Shown: one piece after another, positions 38,985-48,577 of the stretch
How positions within the stretch are numbered: the first letter of the stretch is position 1
Layout of the letters: every line of letters begins with the position of its first letter
DNA from: an uncultured Gammaproteobacteria bacterium
GTDB taxonomy: Bacteria > Patescibacteriota > Microgenomatia > Levybacterales > GWA1-39-11
Length of the DNA: 64,000 nt
Direction: 5' to 3'
NCBI GenBank assembly: GCA_964448725.1
Contig: CAYVAJ010000001.1
Coordinates: forward strand, 71,525-135,524
Position numbers and translations under genes: made by a program
The notes under the pieces: generated by a model
Database searches by the model: none
Told to the model about the DNA's origin: nothing
The model's input: only the letters and a program-made list of their open reading frames with translations

Positions 38985-41801
38985 ATGCCAGACATAATCC
39001 CAGAGCAGCAACCTGTTCAATCTTCATCAAGCGGAGTTTCTACTATGGAGAATCGTTTCCGTGCTGTTACATTAAAGCGAAATGATTTTATTAAGGAAAT
39101 AGATACGGGATTGATAATAAACGATAAAAATAAAGAGGTGGGGAGAAAAAATGAACATGTAACGTTTAGTGAGGATCTTCGCCAGCAATACTCAACATTT
39201 CTCGATAATTATGTTCGCAACCTTATTGAAATTCAGAACAAGGACAGAACGTTTTTGGAGACAAAAAGTAGAATACAAGACAAATTAATGCTTAATCTTT
39301 TATCTTCAGAAGAAAAGGACCCCCAAGGAAGAGCAATTACTACTCAAGAGGGATGGTCTCTAAGAAAGGTAGATGAGGCGAAAATCCAACAGTTTTTAGA
39401 AACTCAACAGGGATGGACGCTTGCAAATATGGCGCTTGAACAATATACCTCAATGATGATGTTTGCACTCTCACTCGAAGCATCTATTGTGCCTGAAGGA
39501 GATAGGGATAAGTTATTAAGAAATTTTAAGATTGATAATGGTATCAATCAAGGAGCGTTCTGGAAATGGGCAGCAAACAGACGTCCCCCGATCTATCCTG
39601 AAAAACCTGGTTTTTTTAAGAGAGGTAAAAGGACGGAAATTAAGCCTAACCCTGACGTACTGTTGGCGATGAAAAATAACCCTGAAGAAGCAAAGTTTAT
39701 TTGGGAGCTTACTGGAATTGATGTTGATGATTTTACCATTGATCCAGTAACTGGAGAGGTTATAGCAAATGCCGGTGTTAAGATAACTGACGCAGTTGAG
39801 GAGAAACAAAAAAGTATTATTGGAAATTTGAAGTCAAGACAGCAATTTTACGAGTCTTTAGGAATACCTTCAAAACAGTTGGACGCAATGGATTCTCAAT
39901 TTATATATAGCTATGTAAATGGAAGCTCTGAAGAAATTCCAACCCATGTACACCAAAGGATTATTGACCGTTTCAAACCAAACAGAACAATAGTTGATGC
40001 AGCAGGATTACACCCCGGTGAACCTGGTTTTGATCCTAACACCGTTAATGTAGAAGAAGTATTGCAAAAATACTTAAAGGTAAAACGAGATATATTTGTG
40101 CGGCTTGCTCAGGAAGCTGTTGCGCGGCAAGTACAAGGTACTGAAGACTTAAGTAAATCACTTACTGTAATTCGTACTGCGTTGGAAGATGTAAGAAAGG
40201 GTAGAGAGGGAACTATTGCACAGCGAAGAAATAAGGAAGCACAGGAAAGAATTGGGGTACTAGAAAAAGAAAAGCATGAGATTAGTGAAAAGAGAAGACC
40301 GTTGGAAGAGTTCGCTGAAAAACAAAAAGCAGTTCAGCAAACAGTCAAAGAACTTTCCGAATCATATGGTGTAAATATCCCTGCAGGAAGCGATTTTGAG
40401 ACAACGGTAACTACTGAACTTAATACTATTCAAAACCAGATTGAAGGAGTGACTCCTCCCGGTGGCGGAGCACGTGCAGGGGGTATTGAGCAGCAAATTG
40501 AGCAAGAAAGGCTTGCAATGCAAAATTGGATCGATACTCAAACAAATGCAGCTATTGCAGCACGTGTTGGTGCGTTGGGAGGAAGGGGAAGTCTACCTCA
40601 AAGTGAGATAACTAATATTGTAACTGGATATAGGGAGACTGCTGAGAGTTCATATGGAGCTCGTATTCAACGGTTAGAGGCGCAAAAAAGACAACTAGAA
40701 GAACGGCGGAATAATCTTAATACTCTTTTGTCTCGAAATAGAAACGCAGTTAGAGAAGAACGAGAATCTGAACAAAAAATTGTTAACCAAGCTCCAAAGG
40801 AGCTTGATGCTATGAGAGCATCGTATGAATTAGTTGTAAATTCTGCCGGGGCAACAATTACCGCAGACATGCTTGAAAACAGGAATGTTGACCAATTAAT
40901 TCCGCTATTAACTGCAGCGCCATATAATCAACCGAATACGACTCCTGAACAACAAGCTGCACTGCGTGAATTAGTTATCAGAGCAAAAACTGAACTGAAG
41001 GGAGAAAGACAAGAAGGATTTGAGCCAAGTCCAGCAAACCAGACACAAGAGTACAACGATATTATTAATCAAGCAGGTGCAACTATTACATCAAATGATC
41101 TTCTTTCTCTCTCAGATCAAGAGATTGAAAATAGGCTTACGCAACCTCCATATAATTTTCCTGCTGCAGGTATTCATGATCGTATAAATCTTGCCCGTGC
41201 AGAAGCACAAAAGAAACTGCGAATTCGTTATGCGGTACTGCTTGATGAACGGGAATCAGACCTAGGCAACCAAATCAAACAATTGGAAGATAAAATGAAA
41301 TCACAGACAAGCTTTGATAGAGAAGAGAAAATTCTACAAACAGCAGAAAGAGCGATAAGCAGGCAAGAAGAGGTATTTACTAATGCGATTGATATTGTTA
41401 GTGACATTGGTCGGTATACAAAGGTTGATCATGTGACAAATGCCGATACTACATACTCAGAGTCAGAAAGAGCAGCAGGTTATTCTAAAGGGTATTATGA
41501 ACTAATGGATTATCTTTTTTCTTATCAAGAAAACCCCGATATATCTGATAGAAATGAGTATTTTCAGGCCATTCAAGAATCACTTCCTCCTGAAAAACTT
41601 GCTGTAATTCTTAATGAGCGATTAAATCTTCGGCTAATTCCTGTTCCGCCTGGTTTTGTTGGTCCACTAGGAGCAAATATGATCAATCTTGAAAATGTAT
41701 TTCAACGAATGAGTAGAAAGAAATTATCTCCACGTGACATGCAAAGGACATTGTCAGATGTTATTATAAGATTGAAAGACGAAGCGATAGCAATAGTATG
41801 A
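38985..41801 (+). CDS. 938-aa coiled-coil orphan protein with an internal duplication
   Basis: Long ORF, E/Q/R/K heptads, two AGATIT...PYN.P units; no signal peptide seen. Confidence 0.8.
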   Translation: MPDIIPEQQPVQSSSSGVSTMENRFRAVTLKRNDFIKEIDTGLIINDKNKEVGRKNEHVTFSEDLRQQYSTFLDNYVRNLIEIQNKDRTFLETKSRIQDKLMLNLLSSEEKDPQGRAITTQEGWSLRKVDEAKIQQFLETQQGWTLANMALEQYTSMMMFALSLEASIVPEGDRDKLLRNFKIDNGINQGAFWKWAANRRPPIYPEKPGFFKRGKRTEIKPNPDVLLAMKNNPEEAKFIWELTGIDVDDFTIDPVTGEVIANAGVKITDAVEEKQKSIIGNLKSRQQFYESLGIPSKQLDAMDSQFIYSYVNGSSEEIPTHVHQRIIDRFKPNRTIVDAAGLHPGEPGFDPNTVNVEEVLQKYLKVKRDIFVRLAQEAVARQVQGTEDLSKSLTVIRTALEDVRKGREGTIAQRRNKEAQERIGVLEKEKHEISEKRRPLEEFAEKQKAVQQTVKELSESYGVNIPAGSDFETTVTTELNTIQNQIEGVTPPGGGARAGGIEQQIEQERLAMQNWIDTQTNAAIAARVGALGGRGSLPQSEITNIVTGYRETAESSYGARIQRLEAQKRQLEERRNNLNTLLSRNRNAVREERESEQKIVNQAPKELDAMRASYELVVNSAGATITADMLENRNVDQLIPLLTAAPYNQPNTTPEQQAALRELVIRAKTELKGERQEGFEPSPANQTQEYNDIINQAGATITSNDLLSLSDQEIENRLTQPPYNFPAAGIHDRINLARAEAQKKLRIRYAVLLDERESDLGNQIKQLEDKMKSQTSFDREEKILQTAERAISRQEEVFTNAIDIVSDIGRYTKVDHVTNADTTYSESERAAGYSKGYYELMDYLFSYQENPDISDRNEYFQAIQESLPPEKLAVILNERLNLRLIPVPPGFVGPLGANMINLENVFQRMSRKKLSPRDMQRTLSDVIIRLKDEAIAIV

Positions 41802-42160
41802 AATTAGGGACAAAGGATTTAATAAAAATATTACCGTTTGATGATCAGTTCAAGAAAGATATACTTGAACGATATGATTTTCTTGATGAAGATCAGAAGT
41901 TCAATATTCAAAATGTGGTCTGGGATACGTATAACCTCTTATTTGATATGAAACTGCAGGAAAATATTGACCTTGCACTTCAGATGGCTGCTCAAAATCA
42001 AGAAAAGTTGGATAAAGATTTTTATGATCGTGTTAAAGAGGTGACAGAGCAAGAGTTTTCGAGTGGAAGTTTTAAGTCAGTTGAACAAATGGATTTAGCG
42101 CAAACTAGAGAAAAGCTTCAAGAAATTTTACAAAAGATCGAAAGTGATGATTCCAATTAA
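41798..42160 (+). CDS. acidic helical hypothetical protein (120 aa)
   Basis: ATGA start/stop coupling to the upstream gene. Confidence 0.75.
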   Translation: MKLGTKDLIKILPFDDQFKKDILERYDFLDEDQKFNIQNVVWDTYNLLFDMKLQENIDLALQMAAQNQEKLDKDFYDRVKEVTEQEFSSGSFKSVEQMDLAQTREKLQEILQKIESDDSN

Positions 42161-42168
42161 CTGTTTCA

Positions 42169-42870
42169 ATGCATATACTCTTACTCATTGCTGAGTTAAT
42201 TTTCCTTTTTATAACCTCACGTTTTATTTCCAAATACCTTTTCATGCTTTTTTATAATCTCTTTAGAAAAGAGAGTGTTGCTGCGCGAGTAGTTGCATTT
42301 ATCTTTTTCCCAGGTACTCTTATCCACGAGCTTGCGCATTTTCTGATGGCAAAAACTTTATTCGTTCGTACAGGAAATATAGAATTGATGCCTGAAATAC
42401 AAGGAGATACTCTAAAATTAGGAAGCGTTCAAATTGCAAAAACTGATATTTTGAGACGTTTTTTAATTGGTGTTGCACCTCTTTTGATCGGGTCTATTCT
42501 TCTTATCATTATAATTTACTCATTTTTTAATTTTTTCCCTTTAACGAGCTTTGAATGGAGCTGGCAATATGTTTTATCAGTTCTGGTCGTGTTGTATGGA
42601 ATTTTTGTGATAACAAATACCATGTTTTCAAGTAAAAAAGATATGGAAGGAGCATTAGGCTTATTTATACTGTTAGTATTTTCTCTTTTAGTAATTTTTG
42701 TAGCTGGGAGAGGAGAGTGGGTAGTGAGAGTCATGGAAAATATTATTAACAATCCAACTATTCAGCAATATGTCAATAAAATAACTATATTCTTGTTTTT
42801 CCCAGTCATTATTAACGGTGTCGTGCTTCTCACCTACAATGGATTGAGGAAATTGAGAAAAAGGAATTAA
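42169..42870 (+). CDS. M50-like intramembrane zinc metalloprotease
   Basis: FFPGTLIHELAH (HExxH), LGSV, IGVAPL, FSSKKD; several TMs. Confidence 0.75.
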   Translation: MHILLLIAELIFLFITSRFISKYLFMLFYNLFRKESVAARVVAFIFFPGTLIHELAHFLMAKTLFVRTGNIELMPEIQGDTLKLGSVQIAKTDILRRFLIGVAPLLIGSILLIIIIYSFFNFFPLTSFEWSWQYVLSVLVVLYGIFVITNTMFSSKKDMEGALGLFILLVFSLLVIFVAGRGEWVVRVMENIINNPTIQQYVNKITIFLFFPVIINGVVLLTYNGLRKLRKRN

Positions 42871-43220
42871 AAACCTGGATCAATTATTATTCCTCCATCT
42901 GGATTTCCGCCAACTACATTTTGGTTAACACCTAATATTTCAAAAAAACCATTAAAAAATGCAAATGATAAGAGTATAAAAATAAGACCTATTATTGCAA
43001 ATGTTAATGTTTTTTTTGCAGAGCTGATTGCTTCAGGATCTCCTTGAGATGTAACAAATCTAATACCTGATATGATAATAAAATATAGAGCAACAATTGA
43101 TGACAGTATTATTGCAGCATTAATTAGATTTGAAAAAAGAGGCCAGATACAGCGAAGTGTCGCTACTTGTGCTTCACCCCCCTCTAAGCATCCTTCCCAT
43201 GGTCGTGTAAACAAATCCAT
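42867..43220 (-). CDS. VirB2/TrbC-like pilin 1
   Basis: TM, GIRFVTSQGDPEAISSAKKTLTFAIIGL, TM. Confidence 0.82.
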   Translation of the reverse strand: MDLFTRPWEGCLEGGEAQVATLRCIWPLFSNLINAAIILSSIVALYFIIISGIRFVTSQGDPEAISSAKKTLTFAIIGLIFILLSFAFFNGFFEILGVNQNVVGGNPDGGIIIDPGF

Positions 43221-43284
43221 AAAATAATTATAGTAACTTGCTCGGAAAAAATCTATTTATAATCGAAAGGTAAAAGGATAAAAA

Positions 43285-43719
43285 TTAATCAGTAATTTCA
43301 ACTTGATTTGGTATTAACTTTGGAATTTCAAGTGTATTAATTGATCCTAGCCCAAATATTTCAAGCACAAAATTTAAAATAACATACGCAAGAATCACAA
43401 GGATAAGGCCAATAATAGCAGCAATAATTTGTCCTCGTGCCTCAGAAACTTTTTCTTTATCTCCGCCTGAGACAATCCATTTAATACCACCCCAAATAAG
43501 CCAAATGAGTGCAGCAAGTATTGCAATAAAGAAAAGAGCATTGATTGCAAATCGTACTACTGTATTAATATCCAAATCTATCCCAAACATACCAGGTGGG
43601 CGTAGGTCTACCTTCTCATTACCATCAATTACTGGTTGAGCAAATGCAGGGACTACTGTTTGAAGGTAGACTGCGCTGGAAAGAGTAAGTGCGCCTAGTG
43701 GTCTGAATAATTTTTTCAT
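43285..43719 (-). CDS. VirB2/TrbC-like pilin 2
   Basis: Signal ending PAFAQ; GGIKWIVSGGDKEKVSEARGQIIAAIIGL. Confidence 0.85.
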   Translation of the reverse strand: MKKLFRPLGALTLSSAVYLQTVVPAFAQPVIDGNEKVDLRPPGMFGIDLDINTVVRFAINALFFIAILAALIWLIWGGIKWIVSGGDKEKVSEARGQIIAAIIGLILVILAYVILNFVLEIFGLGSINTLEIPKLIPNQVEITD

Positions 43720-43810
43720 GTCTATATTTATTAGAGCAGTTTTTAAAATGCTTGTCAATAGAGTAATTTATTATCTGTTAGGAAAGGTTAACTCTTAAGT
43801 AATTAAATCC

Positions 43811-44146
43811 CTAGTCAGTACGTGTAAACGGGAATATGCTAATGCCCATAATGCTCCCGACTGTGCTTACTATAACAAACGAGAGAAGGATAACAATAAT
43901 TCCAATGATCGCATAGATGATTGTTTTACGGGCTTTATCAAGTTTTTCTTTGTCGCCACCAGATGTGATCCAGATAATGCCTCCCCTAATGAGGAAAACT
44001 AATGTAACAATTATACCGATAAAGAAAAGAGCGGATATGCCAAAGTTAATAATATCACTTAGCCCAAGCTGATCTTCTAGACTCAAAGGATCTTGAATTG
44101 GTTGATCCTGTCCTGGTAATTTGAGGGCGAGTAATTTTTCTTTCAT
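43811..44146 (-). CDS. VirB2/TrbC-like pilin 3
   Basis: GGIIWITSGGDKEKLDKARKTIIYAIIGI. Confidence 0.85.
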   Translation of the reverse strand: MKEKLLALKLPGQDQPIQDPLSLEDQLGLSDIINFGISALFFIGIIVTLVFLIRGGIIWITSGGDKEKLDKARKTIIYAIIGIIVILLSFVIVSTVGSIMGISIFPFTRTD

Positions 44147-44213
44147 ACTATCTAGTAAAGCCTGGATAGAAAAAAATGTCAATATAGATGTATGAAAATG
44201 ATAGATAATATTT

Positions 44214-44236
44214 GACGCCTGCGATTAGCAGGCGTC
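44214..44236 (-). terminator. GC-rich hairpin after the lipoprotein gene
   Basis: GACGCCTGC-GATTA-GCAGGCGTC perfect 9-bp stem, 6 nt past the stop. Confidence 0.65.
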
Positions 44237-44242
44237 TGAAAG

Positions 44243-44809
44243 TTACCGATCTGGTAGTGCTTGAAAAGAGGCAAGCATCCTGGGAATTATCCCATTTTCA
44301 GTATATTTCTCAATACTGCCTGGTATTCCTTGGAATCTTACCTCGACTGCTCCATGCGTGCCTTGAGGATCTGTTCCTGTAATTATTGCGATTAAGAACT
44401 CATCCCCTTCGCTTGTTATCCCTTCTAGGATCTGAATATCTCCGTTTTGTTCTTCTCGGATAACATCAATGCGGCTAGAACTTGGACTTCTGAGATAGTA
44501 TGCTATATAACAGTCTCTCCAATCTTTTAAAGTTCCACCATCTGCTTCAATGTCATCAAGCTTACAATGACTTGTAGTTGCAGAGCCGAATCCAACCCTA
44601 AAGACCGATTTGTCACTGTCTGGAGGGATGATGTATGTATATCGACCTTGAGATTCCTCTTTCCAGGATAGAGGCCTATCAAGGGTTACCCTATAGAACA
44701 TCATTGTATACCACTCTTCCTTGGAGGTACTGTTATTCACAGCGCCTTCTGCGTTACTACCACACGCAGCAAGTAGAAGTATGGACAGAACAGCAAAAAA
44801 CCGTACCAT
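44243..44809 (-). CDS. putative lipoprotein (188 aa)
   Basis: MVRFFAVLSILLLAAC lipobox; SD AAGGAG upstream. Confidence 0.7.
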   Translation of the reverse strand: MVRFFAVLSILLLAACGSNAEGAVNNSTSKEEWYTMMFYRVTLDRPLSWKEESQGRYTYIIPPDSDKSVFRVGFGSATTSHCKLDDIEADGGTLKDWRDCYIAYYLRSPSSSRIDVIREEQNGDIQILEGITSEGDEFLIAIITGTDPQGTHGAVEVRFQGIPGSIEKYTENGIIPRMLASFQALPDR

Positions 44810-44959
44810 CGTCTGTCTCCTTTCTGAAGAAGTCGTACAATGTGGCGAAAGGTACAACCGACACGGTGTTAACGAGCAAGATAGGAAGAATTTGTTGCCT
44901 CTCTTCCAAATCTTTGTGATAGTATAACAGAAATCTACAACAAGTCAATACTATAGGTT

Positions 44960-46675
44960 TTATCTTGAGAAGCCTGGAAGAGCTAGAATATCGACACCGA
45001 TTATTTCCAGTATAGAGATAGAGAGTATAAGGAAAATAAGTCCAGTTACAGCAGATATAAGAATTTCACGTGCATGACCAATCTTTTCTTTATCTCCTCG
45101 TGAAGTCATAAGGATATATCCTGAATATATAGCGAAGATAAAAGCTGCTACAGTAGCTACACCTAGTAACCATTTTCCCAATGTTGCAATAAATTCTATT
45201 GGTTTTGTGCCAAATGGCCCAATTGCAGTAGCAAATGAAGCACAACGATAAAATTGGGTAGGATCATCAGTTCCCTTATCATTTATATCTACCCATTGAT
45301 TACATGGAAGTGGGCTGTTTTTATCCTCGTCTAGTGCATATATTAACTCTGATTGATTGGGATCAGCTTCTATCTCGTTCGTTTTTATATACGCATTTAG
45401 TACTCCTTGACTATTTTCTCCATGCTCAAGTACGACAAGAATTGGAATATGATAGTATGTAAATCCACCCTGACAATTATCCGTCCTCCAGAAAGAAGTG
45501 TCATTTATCTGTTCATTAATTTTTAGTAGGTAATTTCCGGCCAGAAGCGGTTGTCCATTTGGCTCATTACGTGAAATAATTGTTGAGTTATTATTGAAGT
45601 GGGTCATGAGGGAACCTGTTACTTGGTCTCCAGTTAAGTCACCGCAAAACTCATTTTTGTAATTATTTCCTATACCCTCAAGAACAATTTGAAAATTATT
45701 TACTTTGTTGCCTCCTACTTTAATTTTTTGGCTCAGTCCTATTATTAAAGGATTCTGAGCAGGAATATTTTCGGAAGCATTTTTTTGTTCTTGTCCGTTA
45801 ATAAACAACTTTCCTTTACTAACTGATAATTGTGTTCCAGTAAATATGTTGACTGTAGGATAATTTCTTCTTACATAAAATTCAGCTACTTGAATTGGTG
45901 AGCTCGTGTCTTTATCAAATAAGCTAACCCTATAGATACTTCCTTCATGAAAATAATCTTTTTTTGTATCACAATTTTCTCCAGAAGGCTCTTTTACGGC
46001 ATCAGGTCCATCCCCACACAATGCCGGTAAATCAAGGATATTATTTGTAGTGGACTTTGTTTTTTTCTTTTGACTGCGCTCACATTTTTCTATATCTGAT
46101 TCAAAGCAAACTTCATATTCGCTACTAGAAAGTCCAAAAAAACTTACTGAAACTTCCGGAGTGTATCCATTAATTTCTTCTGGAGGAGGGAGAATTTCAT
46201 ATCCAAAATCGGCAGGATTTGTTGATCTTGCTGGAAGAGGAGTAGGATTGACAATATCTGATGAAGTACTTGGTAATACTTGGATACTGGCTTTACAACC
46301 TTCATGTGTTGTTACTCCACCTCGTTGATTTATAGAGCCTTCTGATACATATACAAAAAGATCATAGCTCCCTGGTCCCAATTGCTCAGAAAATTCATAA
46401 TTAGATTGATTTGTGTACTCATTCTCGAAGTCGACATTTTTACCTTTTATTGTTAATGGGAATGTTGGAAGCTGATTTGTCCCTCTTCCGATATTGGAGC
46501 TTTGGGGTAAAATTGAGATATTATAAGGTTTTCCAAATTCAACTTGACTAGGAGCCTGAATTGTGCAAGTATGATCTGCATCTGTATGAGGAATATGATA
46601 AAAAAGGAAAAAGCTAGTAACTACTAGAAATATGGGTATAATAATAAAAGTTATTTTAGAATATACACGCCTCAT
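44960..46675 (-). CDS. large pilin-domain protein: about 480-aa Cys-containing exported region fused to a C-terminal VirB2-like pilin
   Basis: N-terminal signal; C-terminal TAIGP..SGYILMTSRGDKEKIGHAREILISAVTGL..IIGVDIL. Confidence 0.78.
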   Translation of the reverse strand: MRRVYSKITFIIIPIFLVVTSFFLFYHIPHTDADHTCTIQAPSQVEFGKPYNISILPQSSNIGRGTNQLPTFPLTIKGKNVDFENEYTNQSNYEFSEQLGPGSYDLFVYVSEGSINQRGGVTTHEGCKASIQVLPSTSSDIVNPTPLPARSTNPADFGYEILPPPEEINGYTPEVSVSFFGLSSSEYEVCFESDIEKCERSQKKKTKSTTNNILDLPALCGDGPDAVKEPSGENCDTKKDYFHEGSIYRVSLFDKDTSSPIQVAEFYVRRNYPTVNIFTGTQLSVSKGKLFINGQEQKNASENIPAQNPLIIGLSQKIKVGGNKVNNFQIVLEGIGNNYKNEFCGDLTGDQVTGSLMTHFNNNSTIISRNEPNGQPLLAGNYLLKINEQINDTSFWRTDNCQGGFTYYHIPILVVLEHGENSQGVLNAYIKTNEIEADPNQSELIYALDEDKNSPLPCNQWVDINDKGTDDPTQFYRCASFATAIGPFGTKPIEFIATLGKWLLGVATVAAFIFAIYSGYILMTSRGDKEKIGHAREILISAVTGLIFLILSISILEIIGVDILALPGFSR

Positions 46676-46722
46676 CCTTATTATTGTATAGGGATTTTTA
46701 GTACAAATGCAATAAATTAAAC

Positions 46723-48033
46723 TTATTCAGCAAATTTTATACCTTTTCCTTTCACTGTGAGGATATATTGAGGATTATTTGGATCTGATTCTATTTTTTT
46801 GCGTAGCCTATAGACTATCTGATCGAGTGCTTGGTCTGTTACCCCTGCTTGAGTTTTTGAATCAGTCCAAACAGCATTAATAATCTCTTCTTTCTCAGAG
46901 GTCCTTCCTTTATGTATCAATAGATGCTTAAGGAGACGGAATTCAGATGGTGTAAGCGTATCGGTAATATTGACAGACCCTTTGTAAATTTCATTTTGTT
47001 CTTCTTGAAAAGAAAACGGTTCTTTTTCCTCTTTTATAGTTGCTATATATGCTTCAAAAAGTGGAATAGTGATTTCTCCATCGGCAATAAGTCCGACAAG
47101 TTCGAGAAATTTCAATTCATCGTTATGATTATGTAAATGTTTTACTCCGTGTTGTTCCTCAGGTGTGAGATAGTTCCAGATTTCCGTAAGTGCACCACGC
47201 ATTTGTCGGTGTCCAAGTAAATATTTCTCAAAATCCTGAGGAGATTCATTCTCTGAAAGAATGGCTTCATAAGCAATTTTAACGAGCTTGCCATGGCCGC
47301 CAGTGAGTTGTATGAGCTTCTCTCGTGCTTTTTCGTTTTTCTTTCCAGCTACTGTCTCAATATAATTGAGTCTGAAATCAGGCTCATTAGGATGTGCGAT
47401 TTGCATAAATACTGAGTTTCCGATTAAAAATTCATAGAATTCTGAAAGAGTAGAGAGGTCGATAAGTAAATCTATCGGACGTGAGAGTGCAAAAATACAC
47501 GCAAATTTGTATTTTGCCCTGTTCCGTAGTATTTTCAGATTGACAAAAAATTGCTCAGTAAGATCTTGTGTGTATTGATCAAGTCTGTCTATGAGGAATA
47601 TAACAGACATGCCTTTTTCAAGCGCAAGATAATCTATTGATTTTTTTAGGGCTTGAAAGAGGATCAGTTCGTCATTGAACTCAAGTGCCTCTTTTAAAAA
47701 ACTATTGACCTGAGTACTTTCAGTAATCATTCCTCGCTCACTTAACGAGTATGCAAGAGAAATGAGTATAAATTTTGTAACATCTGATAATGGACGATTG
47801 CGGACTTCTGAAAAATCCATATATACAAAATGGTATTTTTCCTGAGCATCTTTTAAATGAAATTCTCGTACTTTACGGTTATAGGCAAGTAGCCTGAGAA
47901 GGCGACTTTTACCTACACCAGGAAGGCCAAGAATTTGGCACGACGCACCTTTTGTAATAAAGCCAATGGTTTTATTGATCTCTTCATGCAAGGAATTTTC
48001 AGGATAGAGTGATTCAAAATATTTAGGGTCCAT
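46723..48033 (-). CDS. P-loop NTPase (STAND-like) with C-terminal OmpR/PhoB winged-helix domain
   Basis: GLPGVGKS, FLIDRLD, LTGGH; LTPSEFRLL..IVYRLRKKIESDPNNPQYILTVKGKG. Confidence 0.82.
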   Translation of the reverse strand: MDPKYFESLYPENSLHEEINKTIGFITKGASCQILGLPGVGKSRLLRLLAYNRKVREFHLKDAQEKYHFVYMDFSEVRNRPLSDVTKFILISLAYSLSERGMITESTQVNSFLKEALEFNDELILFQALKKSIDYLALEKGMSVIFLIDRLDQYTQDLTEQFFVNLKILRNRAKYKFACIFALSRPIDLLIDLSTLSEFYEFLIGNSVFMQIAHPNEPDFRLNYIETVAGKKNEKAREKLIQLTGGHGKLVKIAYEAILSENESPQDFEKYLLGHRQMRGALTEIWNYLTPEEQHGVKHLHNHNDELKFLELVGLIADGEITIPLFEAYIATIKEEKEPFSFQEEQNEIYKGSVNITDTLTPSEFRLLKHLLIHKGRTSEKEEIINAVWTDSKTQAGVTDQALDQIVYRLRKKIESDPNNPQYILTVKGKGIKFAE

Positions 48034-48040
48034 AAGTTAA

Positions 48041-48491
48041 TTTGAAGTTTTCAATTTTTAATTTTAAACAAAACTTAAATCATTAAATTTGAAATTATTT
48101 AGTATTAATTGCTATTTTTGAAAAAATAAGAGTAAGTTCTTGAGCTTCTTTCCAATGTATATTGCATTGCTTAGTTAGTTCTGGAACTGCTCTGATAAGT
48201 ATACGTAACCAGTATTTTGTCTCTTTTGCCTCCTTTTTACAAATAAATATTTTATTTTTAAAATCCTTCTTGCTACTTGCCCCGTTTGCTTCACAATAAT
48301 TTGCTCCTATACTTGTCCCAGATCGTACTAGTTGATTAATAATTGGCGTTACAATTACATTCTTTGGTGCTATTTTACATAAATCTATAATATTTTCAGC
48401 AAAACAGGCTGTTCTTTCTTCTAAGTCATAATTATTTGATATTTTACTCATTGAAAATTCATTTCAAATATTAAATTTCAAATTAAAAATT
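48041..48491. repeat. heptamer-built inverted repeats enclosing four-helix-bundle gene A
   Basis: AATTTTTAATTTTAAA(48053-68) is the reverse complement of TTTCAAATTAAAAATT(48476-91) with one mismatch; both flanks are 7-nt periodic. Confidence 0.6.
48095..48451 (-). CDS. four-helix-bundle protein (23S rRNA IVS protein-like)
   Basis: DLEERT, QLVRSGTSIGANYCEA, SKKDF, KEAKETKYWL. Confidence 0.92.
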   Translation of the reverse strand: MSKISNNYDLEERTACFAENIIDLCKIAPKNVIVTPIINQLVRSGTSIGANYCEANGASSKKDFKNKIFICKKEAKETKYWLRILIRAVPELTKQCNIHWKEAQELTLIFSKIAINTK

Positions 48492-48577
48492 TATCTATAT
48501 TCTACCTCATTTTTATAAGGAAGTTGTGAAGATTGTATCAAGTATGAATATTAGACACATCTTACAATAGCAATACT

